From Coleofasciculus chthonoplastes F2-STO-03 (GTDB lineage: Bacteria; Cyanobacteriota; Cyanobacteriia; Cyanobacteriales; Coleofasciculaceae), in NCBI GenBank assembly GCA_040222015.1, contig JAVJWO010000130.1, positions 95,956 through 159,955 on the forward strand: DNA of 64,000 nt, in the 5' to 3' direction. Under the pieces are notes generated by a model. That model was given only the letters and a program-made list of their open reading frames with translations. It was not told the DNA's origin and did no database searches. Both the position numbers and the translations under genes were made by a program. Of this stretch, positions 60,893-64,000 are shown piece after piece. Every line of letters starts with the position of its first letter. The stretch's first letter is position 1.

Positions 60893-61420
60893 GTGAATAT
60901 CGAACTAATAGTGCAGGATTGTTTCTTTGAAGCCTCCCAGTCAGCGACTCTGGAAGGGAATTCCCTGACTAACCCAATTTCCACCTCCACTTGGGAACAT
61001 TGGTTCAGCCAATGGCTAGAAACACTGCACCCCGATAGTCCGCCAGCGCCGACGTATGAACTGACACTACGCCTGACTGATGACGCAGAAATTCAGGCAC
61101 TTAATTCTCAGTTCCGCCACAAAAATCAACCCACTGATGTACTCGCCTTTGCCGCACTCGAGGTAGACTCGCCTCAGATACCTCAAGACATGCAAGCGGA
61201 TGAATCAGTCTACCTTGGCGATGTCGTCATTTCAGTGGAAACCGCTTATCGCCAAGCCCAACACCAAGGTCATCCCTTGAGTATAGAGCTGTCTTGGTTA
61301 GCAACCCATGGGTTGCTACATCTTTTAGGGTGGGATCATCCGGATGAGGAAAGCCTACAGCGAATGCTAAACCAGCAGCAGGCTTTACTTGAGATTGTCA
61401 ACTTGACGTTACCCGTATAA
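60893..61420 (+). CDS. ybeY: rRNA maturation RNase YbeY
   Basis: PTDVLAF, LGDVVIS, HGLLHLLGWDH. Confidence 0.95.
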   Translation: MNIELIVQDCFFEASQSATLEGNSLTNPISTSTWEHWFSQWLETLHPDSPPAPTYELTLRLTDDAEIQALNSQFRHKNQPTDVLAFAALEVDSPQIPQDMQADESVYLGDVVISVETAYRQAQHQGHPLSIELSWLATHGLLHLLGWDHPDEESLQRMLNQQQALLEIVNLTLPV

Positions 61421-61470
61421 TGACACTGGATTCGGTGTCAGTTCATTACTAGCAATGGAATTCAATTCCC

Positions 61471-61986
61471 ATGGTTTATAACAATACTCACTCTCCCAAT
61501 TCTCAATACTTGGTTCCAAGTTCCCGGTCGATAGTGCATGACTTGTCACTGCCAAATCCGCCAGAGTCTGACCCGAATCAGAGATTTAAACGAGACTTGG
61601 CTTGGTGCATTGCCCCAACCCTGTTGGTCAGTTTTAAATATGCTTGGGCGGGAGTTCGCTATGCCTTTGTCACCCAACGGAACTTTCGCATTCATACCCT
61701 GATTGGCATAGTGGCAATCAGCTTGGCGATTTTGTTAGAGTTGCCGCCTGTAGAAATTGCGGTGATTGGCTTGACTAGTGGGTTAGTGATGACCCTGGAA
61801 TTGCTGAATACAGCAGTTGAGGCGGTGGTTGACTTAACCGTTAAGCAGTCCTATCATAAGCTGGCAAAAGTTGCCAAAGACTGTGCGGCAGGTGCTGTTC
61901 TCATCTCCGCGATCGCAGCCCTACTCGTTGCTGGTTCCCTACTTTTGCCCCCCTTGGTGACTCGTATTCTGTTACTGATACGCTAA
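61471..61986 (+). CDS. dgkA: Diacylglycerol/undecaprenol kinase
   Basis: QRNFRIH, ELLNTAVE, AKDCAAGAV. Confidence 0.9.
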   Translation: MVYNNTHSPNSQYLVPSSRSIVHDLSLPNPPESDPNQRFKRDLAWCIAPTLLVSFKYAWAGVRYAFVTQRNFRIHTLIGIVAISLAILLELPPVEIAVIGLTSGLVMTLELLNTAVEAVVDLTVKQSYHKLAKVAKDCAAGAVLISAIAALLVAGSLLLPPLVTRILLLIR

Positions 61987-62059
61987 GCTATTTTTTTAAC
62001 TTAAATTACAGTGTAACGTTTTGTCGTGGTTAGGGTAAGTTGCAAAAGGAGTGTAAATT

Positions 62060-62680
62060 TTGATTGTTGTCATAGATAACTACGACAGTTTTACCTATAA
62101 CTTGGTGCAGTATCTAGGGGAACTTGGGTTCACATTGCCCATTGCCACTGATATTCAGGTTTACCGTAATGACCAAATTGACCTGGATCAACTGCGCCAG
62201 TTAAATCCTGATGGGATAGTGATTTCCCCAGGACCAGGACGTCCGGATGATGCCGGGATATCTTGTGAGTTAATTCACCAACTTTGTGCAACTGTACCCA
62301 TCTTAGGCGTTTGTCTGGGTCATCAAGGTATTGGTCAAGTCTTTGGCGGCAACATTATCTCCGCACCCCTGTTGATGCATGGCAAAACCTCGGAAATTTA
62401 CCACACAGGCGTTGGTGTTTTCCAGAATTTGCCCAATCCTTTTATCGCCACTCGATATCACAGTCTGGTAATTGAACGAGACACCTGTCCAGACGTACTG
62501 GAAATTACCGCTTGGGTAGAAGATGGCACAATTATGGGGGTGAGACACCGGAACTATCCCCACCTCCAAGGCGTCCAATTTCATCCAGAGAGTGTTTTGA
62601 CCGATTGCGGTAAACAGTTATTGCAAAATTTCCTAGTTTCTCTTCCAGCATCGGTTCAAAACCCAATGGCTTTAGCTTAA
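62060..62680 (+). CDS. trpG: Anthranilate/aminodeoxychorismate synthase component II
   Basis: IDNYDSFTYNL, SPGPG, GVCLGHQ, QFHPES. Confidence 0.92.
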   Translation: MIVVIDNYDSFTYNLVQYLGELGFTLPIATDIQVYRNDQIDLDQLRQLNPDGIVISPGPGRPDDAGISCELIHQLCATVPILGVCLGHQGIGQVFGGNIISAPLLMHGKTSEIYHTGVGVFQNLPNPFIATRYHSLVIERDTCPDVLEITAWVEDGTIMGVRHRNYPHLQGVQFHPESVLTDCGKQLLQNFLVSLPASVQNPMALA

Positions 62681-62706
62681 GTTTGAGGAGTATTGATTAA
62701 CTAACG

Positions 62707-63492
62707 ATGAAACGGCGACAGTTGATGCGCTACGTGGGTGCAGGGGTGCTTGGCACTTTAGGAACGACATTGGCTTCACAATTTCAGTCGGCGGCGCAGT
62801 CGGCGAGTGGAACGTTGACAGTTAAGTGGTTAGGACATACCTGCTTTTTGTTTACAGGTGGGGGAATACGGATTTTGGTGAATCCGTTTCGGACAGTTGG
62901 CTGTACAGCCGGCTATCGTCCGCCAAAAGTGGAGTCGGATTTGGTTTTAATTAGTTCTCAGTTGCTGGATGAAGGTGCGGCTGAGGGATTGCCGGGAAAT
63001 CCGCGTATCCTCTTTCAACCGGGCGTTTATCAGATTGGGGGGATTCGATTTGAAGGAATTAGTATTCCTCATGATCGCCAAGGTGGACGTCGATTGGGGA
63101 ATAATGTGGCATGGCAATGGGAGCAAAGTGGGATCAAACTTCTCCATTTAGGTGGCGCAGCCGCACCGATTGAAATTGAGCAAAAAATTCTCATGGGGCG
63201 TCCAGATGTGGCATTTGTGCCTGTGGGCGGCAGTATTAAAGCCTATAATCCAAGGGAGGCGAAAGACGCGATCGCGGTGTTGAATCCGAAGATGGTAATC
63301 CCAACTCATTTCCGTACCCAAGCCGCGGATGAAACCTGTGAGGGGGACTATGGGATTGAACCCGTGGATGAGTTTTTAACGGTGATGGAGGAAATGCCTG
63401 TAAGTCGGGTTAGTAGTGATACCCTGACGTTGAAACCCTCAGATTTACCTCAAAATGGTTCGATGATTAAAGTGTTGAGTTATCGATTTTAA
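62707..63492 (+). CDS. MBL-fold metallo-hydrolase-like protein with Tat-like signal
   Basis: MKRRQLM, WLGHTCF, LHLG, IPTHF; the HxHxDH motif is degenerate. Confidence 0.85.
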   Translation: MKRRQLMRYVGAGVLGTLGTTLASQFQSAAQSASGTLTVKWLGHTCFLFTGGGIRILVNPFRTVGCTAGYRPPKVESDLVLISSQLLDEGAAEGLPGNPRILFQPGVYQIGGIRFEGISIPHDRQGGRRLGNNVAWQWEQSGIKLLHLGGAAAPIEIEQKILMGRPDVAFVPVGGSIKAYNPREAKDAIAVLNPKMVIPTHFRTQAADETCEGDYGIEPVDEFLTVMEEMPVSRVSSDTLTLKPSDLPQNGSMIKVLSYRF

Positions 63493-63573
63493 GGGAAATG
63501 ACTCTGACTTGAGAAGTTTGTAGTAAGCGCTGTCGGGAGCTTCTGGCACGCTTCCTATAGCTTCCTATCGCTT

Positions 63574-64000
63574 CCTATAGGTCGGCACATTTTCCCATTA
63601 TGAAATAAGTCTACAAGACAACTACGATATTTGTCAATCCCTCCAATAGGATTATTTTCCTCTAACCCGCTTTTGAGACAATATATATAGTGTGCTGTCG
63701 CCTCAATTATACGTTGCCCGTATCGGTTCACAAAAAGCGCGATCGCGTCCGTCTCTTTGTGGTTTGATGCTTATTTTCACCACGACAATACTTTCGCTCA
63801 AAGTTGGGACAATTATTCTTATTCCTGATGAGTGCAGAATCGGAAGTAACACCCTATAGGTTGGCACATTTTCCCATTATGAAATAAGTCTACAAGACAA
63901 CTACGATATTTGTCAATCCCTCCAATAGGATTATTTTCCTCTAACCCGCTTTTGAGACAATATATATAGTGTGCTGTCGCCTCAATTATACGTTGCCCGT
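63574..64000. repeat. Long direct repeat, period 279 bp, running off the window end
   Basis: 63574-63721 is repeated at 63853-64000 with one visible mismatch; preceded by CTTCCTATA/CG x3 (63551-63580). Confidence 0.9.

Overview
Cyanobacterial chromosomal window. Evidence: psaL/psaI, psbZ, psb32, abundant HIP1 GCGATCGC, GTAG-type palindromic repeats and 7/9-mer tandem repeats. The repeat repertoire suggests a filamentous, Coleofasciculus/Microcoleus-like strain (inference). Core genes include purL, feoB/feoA, ribH, psbZ, rnpB-rnc, psb32, psaL-psaI, prfB with its +1 frameshift, ybeY, dgkA, trpG/pabA and three tRNAs. Two accessory zones are interleaved with them. (i) ~4.3-16.6 kb, directly behind tRNA-Ala(CGC), is a defence island with a YeeA/YeeB/YeeC-like MTase-helicase-GIY-YIG system, Uma2 nucleases, TA modules and R-M debris. 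(ii) ~19.9-30.6 kb holds AAA_35 pseudogenes, a TPR-CHAT protein and several nuclease/PIN pairs. Most striking observations: a DUF559 endonuclease cassette bounded by palindromic repeats and inserted in frame inside the MTase; a 359-bp non-coding IS200/IS605 derivative that keeps the TnpB omegaRNA end and sits in what looks like the psbZ -10 box; a truncated DHH-CBS (A-adding enzyme-like) gene abutting rnpB; and a UbiA/DPPR-synthase plus GT-C glycosylation cluster. No CRISPR array, rRNA or integrase was seen. All family calls come from motif recognition, not database searches.
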